In this document: piece by piece, positions 1 through 11,881 of the stretch
How positions within the stretch are numbered: the stretch's first letter is position 1
Layout: every line of letters begins with the position of its first letter
NCBI RefSeq assembly: GCF_009914755.1
Contig: NC_060931.1
Reading direction: 5' to 3' (one strand)
DNA length: 64,000 nucleotides
Source of the DNA: the human T2T-CHM13v2.0 reference genome, Homo sapiens
Program-made: the position numbers and the translations under genes
The notes under the pieces: generated by a model
Databases searched by the model: none
What the model was told of the DNA's origin: nothing
Seen by the model: only the letters and a program-made list of their open reading frames with translations

Positions 1-1759
1 ATGTGTTTGATCTTCTCAATTTCACTAGGTACCCAAGATTATTTAGGGCCATGTTTGTAGGTCTTGTCTGCTTTGATAGAGCCAGGAACTAACATCTCTA
101 GGTTTTCAGCTCCTCACAGAACTCAAAACCTTGCTAAAGAGAACTGGAATGGGAAGAATTCATTGCAAATGTTTAAACATATCTTGTAAATACATAATTG
201 TACTCTTAACAGATAAATATGTTTGACCTAAATATGTGTACTTCAAGGTAGAGTAGTAGGTACAAATTGGTAGCTTTTCCTAATGTCTAAAATGCAATCC
301 CTAAAATAATATACAGTCAATGAACTATTGTTTTCCCCGTAGAATAATTCCAATTCAAACTGAGCTTCACAGTCCCTTGAAAGGCTTTTGTGAACTTAAA
401 GTAGTCAGAATGCATTTAACCTGAAGTCCCTTTACTTCTTCGACTTAAATCAGCCCTATTTGGAGTAAATGAAGAATGGTAGGAAAAACAGTCACCCAAT
501 TCTATATTACACACCCAGTAATATTATAAATATCATATCTTCATTTTTCTTTGACCAGTATCATCTGAAAAGGTGGCGGGGCAGGGGGGGCGCTGTAGGA
601 GATTTCAGGAAATGTGGTAGAGAGAAAAAGGATTGCATAGTATTTATTTCCTAAAATCAAACAAACTCAAAGTAAGTAGACCTCAGCAAAGATGCACACA
701 CAAACATCTTGCAGAAAAAAAGGCGCAACTTTAAGGTCATAAACTAAAAAGTAATGAATGAGGGGAGGGAAAGACAGAGAATTAATTTTGAGAATTGGTG
801 TGACTCTTCAACCTGACCTTCAGAATCAATCTTGGGAAAAAAGTGGAAAAATCTAGACCAAAACTCCATTAATACCCCCTAACTGAGGGACACTTAGACA
901 GAGGAAGTATGTATAGGTTCTTGGGCAGGAGATGGGAGGAAAAGAAAATCTCTGAAAATTGGAAGCCCCTCTTCAATACTGCAAAGCCTCACCTGAGGTC
1001 AAACAAATGAAAAACTGGGCAAGACTTCCACCTGGAAAATTGGAGTCACCTTAGTTTCTCCACCAATAAATAGGTAAACTCCACCAATAAACACAGGCAC
1101 TTAGCTGAATGGAAGACAGGAGAAAATAACCCAAAAATCCGGGAGTGTATTCTGAGGCCCTGGTAGAAAAGGCACACAGAGCAGCCCAGTTAAACAAAGA
1201 GCTGCACCGGTTTCTTCTAAATGAGAAGTTGGGGCCCTCAACCATGGGATTTACTGATCTTTGCCCTACACTTGCTAGGAGAGGACTAGGACAGATGCTT
1301 GAGAGCTGAGGGTGAAGCAGGGGAAGGGAGAATTGGGAGCTAATGTTGAGGTTCTGAGGATCCTTCCTGAATGAGCATGGGAGGAAGGAACTTCTGTCTT
1401 TGAAGGTAACCCAAACCAGAGGAAGAGGTGCCCAGGAGAAGTAAACTCCAGCACATACCCCCTTAACCAAGTTGTTGAAGGCAAAGCCAAGATCAGGCCC
1501 TCCAAGCACAACCGCGTATTGAGGTACAAAAGTGCTCCCTGCTCTCACTCTCTCCAAGCTCTTAAAGAAAATTAGAAAATTACAAGAAAACACACATTAT
1601 TCTGACTTCATACTGAAGTTCTAAGGAGGAAGACAAGAAAAGGTGACACAAATGTCCAGGAGAATTCATTAGAACAAAGATTTAATAGACTCTTTAGATT
1701 TTGTTAAAAAATATTATGGTAACTAGTTGCATAATATCTATATCTATGTTATGGTAAGA

Positions 1760-1933
1760 AGTAATGCGCAGGTCAGGTAAGTATTTAATAAAAAGCTCTT
1801 GGAGGGAAAACAAAAAGAGCATTTGTAGCATTTGCTAATTTCCATGGTGTAAATAACCCCACCATAGCCAATTAGGAAATTAGAAAGAGGTGCAAACATT
1901 TGACTCTCATGAACCAGCTCCAGCACACCAACT
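1760..1933 (-). mobile_element. MER63-like hAT-Blackjack DNA transposon
   Basis: ATTTGTAGCATTTGCTAATTTCCATGGTGTAAATAACCCCACCATAGCC...CCAGCTCCAGCACACCA matches the reverse complement of recalled MER63A, including the CCAGCACACCAC-type terminus. Confidence 0.75.
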
Positions 1934-2191
1934 CATGGTAACTTGCAAAAATTCCACTGTGATAATGATGGAGAAGAGAAGAGCATGCCTAAGACAGATC
2001 ATGCTTACATTTCATAAGGCAATATAAGCCAGGAAATCCCCGCAGTGGGCGTTTTTCTTTCTATAACTTAAACAGATTTTTTTTTAAAGAAAGGCATCAA
2101 GAACAAAACTTTAAAACAAAAAATAATGAATTTCAAAGCTAAGGAAATAAATTCTGGATCAAAATAAAATAATTATGGAATAACTAAATTA

Positions 2192-2349
2192 GGCTGGGCA
2201 CAGTGGCTCATGCTTATAATCCTAGCACTTTGATAGGTCAAGGCAGGAGGATTGCTTGAGGACAGGAGTTGGAGACCAGCCTGGGCAACACAGCAAAACC
2301 CTGTCTCTACAAAAAAATAAAAACTAAATTAAAAAGAAGAAGAAGTAAA
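2192..2349 (+). mobile_element. FLAM_C (Alu left monomer) with A-rich tail
   Basis: Monomer only: GGCTGGGCACAGTGGCTCATGC...GGAGGATTGCTTGAG...CCCTGTCTCTACAAAAA. Perfect TSD GAATAACTAAATTA at 2178-2191 and 2350-2363. Confidence 0.92.
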
Positions 2350-3364
2350 GAATAACTAAATTAGAAATATCAAGAACCAAATTGACAACATCAGAAATTG
2401 GCAGCCATGAAAAAGTCTTTATGTCAATGAAAGAATGCAGAAAAAAAAAGATTAAAATAATTTTAGAAGTACATGATTATCTCATATAAAGATAATTGAT
2501 ACATCTGATTTGAAAACCCACCAAATGGCAAAGAAAATACACTCTATGGATCAATTTTATTTATAAATATGAATTTAAAGATCTTAAAAACAATGTCAAA
2601 ATTCAGCAGCATCTTGAAAGAAAATAGAAAATAATCTAATAGGTTTTCCTCAGAAACCCAAAGATGATTTGTTATTAACAAATCATGTAATTCATCATAT
2701 AAATAGGTTAAAAAATTGAAAACATATTCATTTCAAATATATCAAAACATAATTTAATAAAATTCAACGACCATTGCTAATTTGTTTTTTTTTAAAAACT
2801 GACATAGAATTCAATAGATACTTCTGTGGCATTTTGTGTGCATGTGTGTATATATGCGTATATTTGTATATGTGCAAAACAGGAAATAAAAAGTTATTAC
2901 AATGATGAAACACACAGAAATATTTGTACTAAAGATTAAGCGAAAGATGCCTTTTATAACTACTATAGTTAACATTGTTCTGCAAATACCAGGCAATGTA
3001 ATTAAGGAACACTTCTAAATAAGGTATAATAATTGAAATGCATATGCAAAAAATTATCATTATTTGCGTAACCTAATTTTGAAAACCTAGAAAACTGAAG
3101 AAAACTAACTAAAAAGTTATTAGAAAGAATGATCTTTAATCAGAAGCTAGTTACAAAATTAAAATAAAAAAATCGATACCCTTTCTTTGTATAAACAATA
3201 TCCAGTTAAAAAATAGACCAGGAAAACAGGTTTCCTCTGCAATAGAAAAATAGGAATGACACACTTTTAAATGTAAACTACTTATATATTAATATAAAGG
3301 ACGTGAAAGAAAACTAAAATGCTAAACCAGATTATATCTTGGATCGGAATGCTTGATCTTGAAG

Positions 3365-3618
3365 ATTCCTTCATTTATTCATTCAGTCACTCAGAAAATA
3401 TTTATTGAGGGCCTATTGCATAAAAAACACCATTCTAGGTCTCGGGGAGTAGTGAACAAAATAGACAAAAGTCCCTGGCCTCATGGAGGGGGACCTAGTG
3501 AGGGGAGACAGACAGTCTACAAACTAAAAAATACATCATATGTTATGGTGTTCAGTGCTATGGGGAGATGTAAAGCAAGAAGACAGATTGATAGGACTGA
3601 AGAGTTGGATAAAGGTGT

Positions 3619-3650
<32 letters not shown>

Positions 3651-3800
3651 TAAACAGCATGGCCGGGGGCTGGTAAGGGAAGACCTCAGTGACAGGTGAT
3701 ATTTAAAGTTCTGACCAAAGGAAGTGAGGATGCAAGCCAGGTGGCTACCAGGGGGAAAAGCATTCCAGGCAGAGGGAATAGAAGATGCAAAATCCATAAA
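3365..3800 (-). mobile_element. L2 (LINE2) 3' end
   Basis: ATTCCTTCATTTATTCATTCAG...ATATTTATTGAGGGCCTA...GTGAACAAAATAGACAAAAGTCCCTGGCCTCATGGAG is the reverse complement of the L2 3' terminus. Confidence 0.85.
3618..3651. repeat. (TTTTG)n microsatellite inside L2
   Basis: Read directly from the sequence. Confidence 0.9.
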
Positions 3801-5394
3801 GAGGACGCAAGAGTTTAGAAAAAGGCAGGACTACTCATTTTAATAATCTTAACACCCCAAATATACAATTTTATTTATCTAAATTGCTCACAGCTTAGCT
3901 TGTATTTTTTCTGCTACGAAAATTAAGAAAGTAATATTAAACTTCATCTGGAAAAATCCAATGCTCAAAATTATGCAGAATAAGAGCAACAAGATAGTGT
4001 CAGTCAAATCGGACATTGACCATATCATGAAGTTATCATAATCATACATTTTTGTACTCGAGTAGATTATGTAAAAATGTGCATTTTAGTACTTAATAAT
4101 TCTGGTATTGTAAATCAGTATTGAAAAGATAAAATAGTCAATAAATAATGTTGACAACTGGTTAGACATTTGAAACATAAATGAAATATTTGTGAATACC
4201 TGTGAGGTCTTATACCAAAATAAATTTCAGTTCTTTAAAAATATGTACACCTAAAAACAAATTTACAAAAGACCTAGAAGACAAGGAAATGTTTGTGTCA
4301 ATATGTGTGTACATGTGTGTACAGGAGTGTAAAAAATCTTTATAAGCAGATATCCAAATCACGACCCTATCAAGGAAACGACTGAACAATAAAGTTAAAA
4401 TTAACATATAGTAAAAATATGAAAAATAAAATTAAAAGACAAAATCTTAAAAAATATTAAAGCACTCATTGTTGACTTGAAATAGAAAGAACATTTAAAA
4501 CATATATATGAAAAAATACAACCTGATAGAAACAGTGAAACAAATAGCAAAAGAATATGCAAAAACTTCTTCAAATCTACTTTAGATTAAAATATTCAAA
4601 TGAAAAAATAAGAAATGACTTTCCATCTAGTAGATTTGCAAAAATAATTTAAAATCATTAATGATATTCAGAGCTGAGAGGAGAGTATGGGGAAATGAGA
4701 GTTGTATATTGATGCTGCATTTCCATAATACACATTTCTATAAAACTCCTATAGAAATTGAAATGTGTTTACCATTTGGTGAATTTGATAGATTTGATGG
4801 AAATGGTGTACAATATTAACAATGTATATAATTGAAACAGAATAAAGATTTAAAACAGATTCAGAATTTAATATATAAAAAATAGGCTTTCAATTCAGTG
4901 AGGAAAAATCCTTTATTTAATAAATAATATTGGCTTAATTGGCCATTAATCTACACAAAAAGAAGGCTGGGATCTTCGCCTTACAGTGTATCAAAAATAA
5001 TTCCAAATAGATTAAAATTTTAAATGCTAAAAATAAAAAAGTAATTCAAAAAACATATTATTTGACCATGCAATCCCACTGCCAGAAATTTATTATTAAG
5101 ATACATTAAGAAAAATTTTCCAAGCATTTTCTATAAAAAAAAAAAGACAGGAAATGTCCAAATGTCAGCCAATAGGAATCTAGCTGAATTTTTAAAACAT
5201 ACGTATATACAATAATTTTAAATATATAAAGCTATTTAAAAAAGAATGAGGCAGATCTGTGTTTACATGAGAAAAATCTCATAGCAGTTTAATTTGATGG
5301 AAAAAAGTATAAGTTAAAAACAGCATGCTTAATTTGTGTTTGTATAAGTTTTAAAATGCAGTTATACATAAACAATTATATGAATAATAAAATA

Positions 5395-5614
5395 ATAATA
5401 CTCAGCATTTACTCAATTGTTACTATGTGCCAGGTACTATTTTAAACACTTTACATGCATTGACTCTTAACAACTCTAAAAGATAGGTATTATCAACAGG
5501 CCCTGTGACCCAGAAAGTCAGAGTAATTTGCCCAGAGTCCTAGTAAGTGGTGTATGAGGATTCAAAACCAGGCAGTCTAACTCCACATCCTGCACTGTTA
5601 ACCATTGCTATGCT
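5395..5614 (-). mobile_element. MIR SINE
   Basis: TTACTATGTGCCAGGTACT...TAATTTGCCCAGAGTC...GGATTCAAAACCAGGCAGTCTAACTCCA is the reverse complement of the MIR consensus. Confidence 0.85.
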
Positions 5615-7064
5615 ATAGGTATGCATGCTGAACACCACACACACTTGATTATTTCTGGATACAAAAAAATTATTGGTTGTAGTTACCTGCAGTTGAAGAA
5701 TAAAAGTTGGGTTCTGGAATATGGGGCACTTACAGTTATTTAATAGCTAACTTTCTGGGCTTGATTTTCTTAAAAAACCATATACAGGTTTTTACTTTTT
5801 TTTTATTATTAAACAAACTTAAAAAAAGAGAGAGAGAGAGAAAAAAAAAAGGAAGGGATCTCAAGCATCCTCAGGAACTCCAGGGAAAAATGACTCCAGC
5901 TGGCATAAACACCTCTTCATGGCACAGAGCGATGAAACTGGACTTCGCTGAACCTGAGAGCAGTGTGCCCTTTGCCTCTGCACTCCCTTTCCTGAGCTGG
6001 TGTATGGAACTGACTTGCTGGAGCAGAACCTGGGCGCCACTGTGTTGCATTTCCTATCAGCAAAGAGATCAGAGAAGGATGCTGTCCTCTTTATCATGTC
6101 TCTCCTATCGATCGATCAGGTTCTCTCCTTTTCTGTGTGCCCGACACCATGATACCCAGGAACTCGGACTGCCGCTAGACTCAGGACAAACAACAAAGCT
6201 GGGGATGCTCACTTATCATCCCCTGGGAAGGGAGGCCTGAGAGCTGGTACTGGTTGGCCAAGTTCCTGGCAGAGGGCCTTGGTTTCTCTGGCAGGGAAGA
6301 AGTCACCATACGTCTCCAGGCACTGGTTAGCTTGCTGCCTCCAAAGGAGTTAACTGTGTTCTTCACTAGAGGACTCAGGTGTCAAGCATGCTGGCAAGGT
6401 ACTGGCTGCCACCTGAAACCTCCAGAAAGCTACATTGTTCTTTTCCAGGTTCTGAAAGAGAGAGTAAGAGAGGAATCCGGCCATTATTGTTGGGCCCCAG
6501 AGAAATAAAATCAGCCCTTCTGAAAATCCAATGTCAGTGTGAACTGATAAAGTACTTGGTGCAAAGGGAAAAATAAGAACTTAGTGGAGCTTCGAAGCTT
6601 TATTCCCTCATGCATTCTTGAGTAATGGTTTCCCTGAATCATGCCTTAATTTTTGCAGATGATACAAAGAATGGGTACAAATCAAGTCCTAACATTGAGG
6701 CTTGACTCACAGAGTTCAGTGGTTGGGAAAGTTGCAAGTAGGGAATACCCAATAACGTTTATAAGGGAGTGTGTGTGCACGTGTGTGTGCTAATACAAAG
6801 AAATGACCATACTACCTTCCAACAGTGAAGCATCAGAGAGGAAAAGTACTTATTTACAGGGTTGGGGTAGGAAAGAAAATGCAAAGGCAGGTTACGTGGA
6901 CTCAAGAAGTGTTTCAGAAAAAAAAATAAGAGCAGCATATCCATATAGTATATTTATTCTGGCTGCTTCATGAATTAGATTTGTTTTAAAAATCAAAGTT
7001 TATAAGACTCATAGTAGATTTTTGGCTTCTTCCTTTACAAGAGATTATTGACATGGGTGTAGAT

Positions 7065-7567
7065 CAGTGGTTCTCAAACTTTTTGGTCTCAGGATTACTT
7101 TGCACTCTTAAAAATTGTTCATAACTAAAACCAAAGAACTTTTGTTCATAGGAATTATATCTGTCTATATTTACTATATTTTACATTAGAGTTTAGAAGT
7201 ATTTAAAAATAATATTTGTTAAAACTCATCACATCTTAAGATAAAGAATATATTTTAGTGAATATAACTGTATTTTCTAAAATAATAATAAAATTAATAG
7301 TGGCATTGTTTTATGTTTCTTCCAATCTCTTTAACATGTGCCTTCAGGGAAGATAGCTGGATTCTTACATATGCTTCTGTTTTCAATCTACTGTGTTGTT
7401 ACAGCCTCTGGGAAGATTCTCTCTACACTCTTAAGAGAATGAGAGCAAAAAAGACAAATAATGTCTTACTATTTTTTTTATGACAATAGCTTTGACTGCA
7501 AAGGCCCTGTAAAAGAGTTTCAGGGACTCATCAGGATCCCCAGGCCACACTTTGAGAACCACCATTG
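7065..7567 (-). mobile_element. Charlie1b-like hAT-Charlie non-autonomous DNA transposon, both ends present
   Basis: TIRs CAGTGGTTCTCAAA (7065) and TTTGAGAACCAC (7551-7562). Both ends match recalled Charlie1 termini. About 500 bp long. The left flank GTGTAGAT resembles the hAT NTCTAGAN target site. Confidence 0.82.
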
Positions 7568-8035
7568 TCATTAATAAGCAGACAATTAAGTAATTGAGGT
7601 GATGTATAGGAAAAATCACTGGGGTTATTGGATTGAATCAACTATTAGCAGCATTATTATTTCCACTACTAAAAGCTACCCACTGGGAAATGAGAGCTCT
7701 GGGTTTGAGAAGGCCAATTGTGATTTTGAAAATCAAGTCATGTGAAGTTGTGTTTTGGGGAAAGTATGTAGGAAAAACACACCTTTGGTTAACAACTATG
7801 ATAACTAGCTAGCCTCATGCCCAAGCCCATGATTAATGTCTGGGCAATCTGAGGACTTCTGGTGAATTCAATAGTTGAGAGTTTTTGTGCTTTTAGAAAT
7901 TAAAAATCTAGCGGCATTTTTTTTTCTAAAAATATTTTGTGTATTTGGAGCATGGTGGCAAGGTTATTTTGCATAAGTGGCACCCCAATTATAATTCAGT
8001 CACAGGTTAAGTGGTTGACAGGTTAAGGACTGATT

Positions 8036-8060
8036 TTTGTTTGTTTGTTTGTTTGTTTTT
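8036..8060. repeat. (TTTG)n microsatellite
   Basis: Read directly from the sequence. Confidence 0.85.
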
Positions 8061-8213
8061 ATCTCTCAAGGATTTGTGGGAAGATGATGAGAAAAATAAA
8101 TGGAAAAGTCCACTCTGAGAAGTTAGTGCAATAAAGCATAAGATTTATTTGTTGCTCTGTTTGATTTTTGGAAGGGTCTATGTGGGAGAGCTGCCATCTT
8201 AATGTCCAAAATA

Positions 8214-8278
8214 TGACCTTCAGGGAATATATGGACCACACAGGAATCTGACCTTCAGGGAATATATGCACCACACAG
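8214..8278. repeat. Two-copy local tandem duplication (30-bp match, 35-bp period)
   Basis: TGACCTTCAGGGAATATATG(G/C)ACCACACAG at 8214-8243 and 8249-8278, with 1 mismatch. Confidence 0.95.
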
Positions 8279-8730
8279 ATAGTTGGAAATGGGAGTAAGC
8301 AGTAAGAAGGTTAATACAGTTAAGTTCAGTAATAATAATTTCTTACAAGGTTATGAATCCTGAATAATGCCAGATGCACCCAAATAAACTTTCTGAAATA
8401 TTGAATTATTTGTGAACGTAATTTCTTCCCCCTAGTAACTAGAGAGACTACTATACATGAAGAGAACAGTGGGTTTGCAGCATAATAATCCCAAATAATA
8501 AGGATGCACATGTGCACACACATAAAATCCAGGGTATAGGCTTCTTAGTTGTGTGGATTTGCCCAACTCCAGCCTTGCTGTAGCTTCTAGATTCAAAATA
8601 CTGGGTTAGCACCATAAAAACTTCCGATCAATAAAATAGTATATGCAGAGAGCCTGGCTCATGGCCTGGTCCTTAGAAAATACAGTACTCAGGAAATTCA
8701 CTCCTTCCCCCACCCATTCCCACCTAGTTC

Positions 8731-8790
8731 AAAAAATAAAATAAAATAAAATAAAATAAAATAAAATAAAATAAAATAAAATAAAATAAA
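8731..8790. repeat. (AAAAT)n pentanucleotide microsatellite, about 11 perfect units
   Basis: Read directly from the sequence. Confidence 0.97.
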
Positions 8791-9247
8791 CCAATAGAGA
8801 AATTCACGATTCTAAAGGCCTCTAAACTTTGTATTTTATCCCAAGGATTCTGCCTTCCATGGAAAATGCCTTAACACAAAGAGGTGGCATTACAATTAAT
8901 TCCTTGATATGTGAAATTTGGCTTAGAAGTTAGAGAAGATACTGCCTTTGGGTTTCAAATGAAAGGTGTTGCTAAAGAAATAACTTGTCAGGAGAAATAT
9001 GAAACTGTCATGTAGTTGAAGGATGGGAGGAATGCTGGAATTGTAAATAAGCATTTGTAATTGGTGTGAAATGTAAGGTTAATTGTGTGAAAGTAAACCA
9101 GACTAAATTTGTTATTTTTTTTCTGTTTTATTCCAAGTGTAGACTTTAAGATAATGATTTACAATGTGTGTGCCAAGCAATGCTAAAAAAAGAAACACAC
9201 ACACAATTATTTGATGTCAGTATAGGAAGGGACTTTAAGGATGATCT

Positions 9248-9410
9248 ACGTTGTTTTTCAACCACAGGGGTCCTGGCCCCAGGCAGTTTGGACCTGTGTG
9301 GGAACTGTTATGTAGTTGGAATAACCATGAAGGAGGGCTGCCACTCTGGCACTAACTGTGCACCTCAGAGGGCCAGGGACACAAACCATCTTGCAGCATA
9401 GCCTAGGACG
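9248..9410 (+). mobile_element. Degenerate MER20/MER20B-like hAT fragment
   Basis: TTTTTCAACCACAGGGG...CCCCAGGCAGTTTGG...CTGGCACTAA...GAGGGCCAGGGACACAAACCATCTTGCA loosely follows MER20. Confidence 0.45.
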
Positions 9411-9572
9411 CTTAGAGGCCTTATCTCACTCCAAATGCAGACAGCATTCCTTCCAGGAACACTGACTTTTCAGAGGCGTGGGGAGCTCACCTGCTTTTCT
9501 ATTGTCCAGAGATCTAGTTTTGGTGGAATTAGGACTAGATTCTTTAGTTTCTGTGCCTTAGTGCTTACACTA

Positions 9573-9958
<386 letters not shown>

Positions 9959-11529
9959 TTAAAACTATAGTGAACTATTAATCACTTTCAAGATAAGTAA
10001 GAATTCATTATTCTTATTTAAATAACTTAAACCAGTATCTTATTTTTGAGTTATTAATTATGGACTTACCTGAACATTCCAGTTCAAGGTTTACTTCAAT
10101 TTTCCACATTGTGCAACAGAGATCTGTTAGCTTAAATCATGAGGATAAAAGACTTGAGCCAAAGAAATGTTTTTGTGCAGCACGTAGACTATCTCTTGTT
10201 TTACATGCCGTATAGTCAAAAATAATGTGCTGCTGATAGTTTTAATTAATCTATGACATACAAAGAGAAAAATTAATGATACCTTGTTCATATCGGCATT
10301 TCTTTAATTATAATAGTTGTTGTAATAATTCAGTATATTCAGTTCAGCAAAACCTTGCTTGTGTGGGTCTTATAACCTGTAAAAGAGAGTAAGTTTAGAA
10401 AATACAAGAACACGAATGAATCAGGTGAATAAAATCTCTGGATTACACAAGTTCATGGATAAAAACTGCGGCTCCAGTTACACCAACTCCAGAAAGACGG
10501 AATTACCAGGGCCATAAGGCCCTCTATGCCAGGGTGCAGACCCCACAATCTCCTCTGCCTGCAGTGTTTCCCATGGCTCCGCGTGGTGCATGGGAATGAA
10601 AATGTATAATTTGCAGCTCTTTAGGAGGCCAGAAATAGAGACGCTACTGGTGACAAAGGAAAATATATGTATATGATTTGTTAGTGGATTCTTCTCTTTG
10701 GGTGCCATAGATTAAACTATAGGCAATATTTATTCTTCAGTAGTTAGAGTAGGGATGCGTATTTTTATTTCATTTTTTCTTTCTTTTCTGGGAGGTTAGC
10801 TGAGATTTCTTTCCCATGAGGAAAAGACAGGCTACTATTTAGGTCGCATTTCTAACTCTTTTGTCTGTTTAGTATTGGATGAGGAACCTGTGGCTGGGAA
10901 GCCAGACATGACCTTCAGACTCGTTTTTTTTCTGACATGGTCACTTCTGCTTCAGTACAGATAAGCACCACTGTCCCGGGGCAGCTGTGCTTATATGCTT
11001 ATGTCAGCCAGAGCAGAGTCTTGAGTTAAGGAGTAGAGCAGTCCAGCAGCCACACCTACTAACGCATACTAATAAGCTCTGTACCTGGCTGAGGATGCCA
11101 GATGATGATATTGTGACGTTCAGGTTCAGAAGAGCATGGAATTGGGGCCTCTCGCACTAATCTTCGATTCCTGAAGCCTCTCCTTTATTTCAGCCTCATC
11201 TTTCTCATGGTCTAGTTCCTCTTTCCCGCTAGTGTATCTCTTCTTCTATTACTATCCAGCTTTTCCCATGTTACTATCCTTCTTTTTTCCTCTCGTGCTC
11301 TCTCTTCACCTTATCTTCTTTATTTTCTCTATTGATGGATCGTAGCATGAGATAACTATTTAAAAGAGCTACAGTTATATATCTCATATGCCTTCAATCT
11401 ACCTTTATGCCCATCTGTTTCAATACAGCCCCGTATAGTCTATGTGCTTCCCAAATAGCGGGGTTTTTATTTTTTTAACACTAAGTAAATATTCACACAT
11501 TTGAAATTTTTTCTGGCAGTGTCCTTTTT

Positions 11530-11790
11530 GACACCTCTGCCTGCAGGCTCAGTTCAGGTGTCACCTCTTACAGGAAGCTCTCTGGCCTCCCTTGGTACTT
11601 TCCTCTAAGGTAGACTCCGCATTTCCTCTTTCGGTGAGCTAATCCATTCCCATGACTTTATTCACTACTTTGATGTGAATTGAACTCCAATCTACAATTC
11701 TAGAGCTAACTTTGATTCTAACCTGCAGGCAATCATGTCAATCAACTAGTTATTCAATATCTCCTCATGGGTGACCAGTTAATCCAGGAG
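11530..11790 (+). mobile_element. L2 fragment(s)
   Basis: GGCTCAGTTCAGGTGTCACCTCTTACAGGAAGC and GGTGAGCTAATCCATTCCCATGACTTTA...AACTCCAATCTACA are L2 motifs. Confidence 0.6.
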
Positions 11791-11848
11791 GACAACATAG
11801 TCTCAATAATATTATATATTAATCACTCCCAAATTCACACACATCCAT

Positions 11849-11849
<1 letters not shown>

Positions 11850-11880
<31 letters not shown>
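11850..11880. repeat. (CA)n microsatellite, about 15 units
   Basis: Read directly from the sequence. Confidence 0.97.

Positions 11881-11881
<1 letters not shown>

Larger units (their letters stand above)
1550..5850 (+). mobile_element. Old L1 (L1ME/L1M-type) remnant, fragmented and interrupted by MER63, FLAM, L2 and MIR
   Basis: A-rich + strand. 2590-2780 matches the L1 ORF2 RT N-terminal region (AAAATTCAGCAGCATCTTGAAAG...CATGTAATTCATCATATAAATAGG...AATAAAATTCAAC). 5150-5300 resembles an L1ME 3'UTR (AAAGCTATTTAAAAAAGAATGAGGCAGATCTGTG). Ends in an A/AG-rich tail at about 5850. The 5' boundary is uncertain and could extend to about 600. Confidence 0.7.

Noticed and set aside
571-597. CTCF-like GGGGGCGCTG in a G-rich patch
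   Set aside because: Only the right half of the CTCF core matches; the CCASYA half is absent.
1058-1091. CTCCACCAATAAA repeated at a 21-bp period
   Set aside because: Two copies only; an ordinary micro-duplication and not a CRISPR-like array.
1051-1593. 180-aa - strand ORF
   Set aside because: No recognisable domain, non-ATG start, and antisense to purine-rich probable old L1 5' sequence; best explained as a chance ORF.
5707-6240. 177-aa + strand ORF
   Set aside because: Starts in an L1 3' tail, crosses the A/AG-rich tail (KKRERERKKK), and shows no homology or splice context I can support.
10568-10596. TTCCCATG...CATGGGAA inverted repeat resembling paired RBPJ sites or a hairpin
   Set aside because: 8-bp arms are expected by chance, the orientation is tail-to-tail, and the cores are not GTGGGAA.
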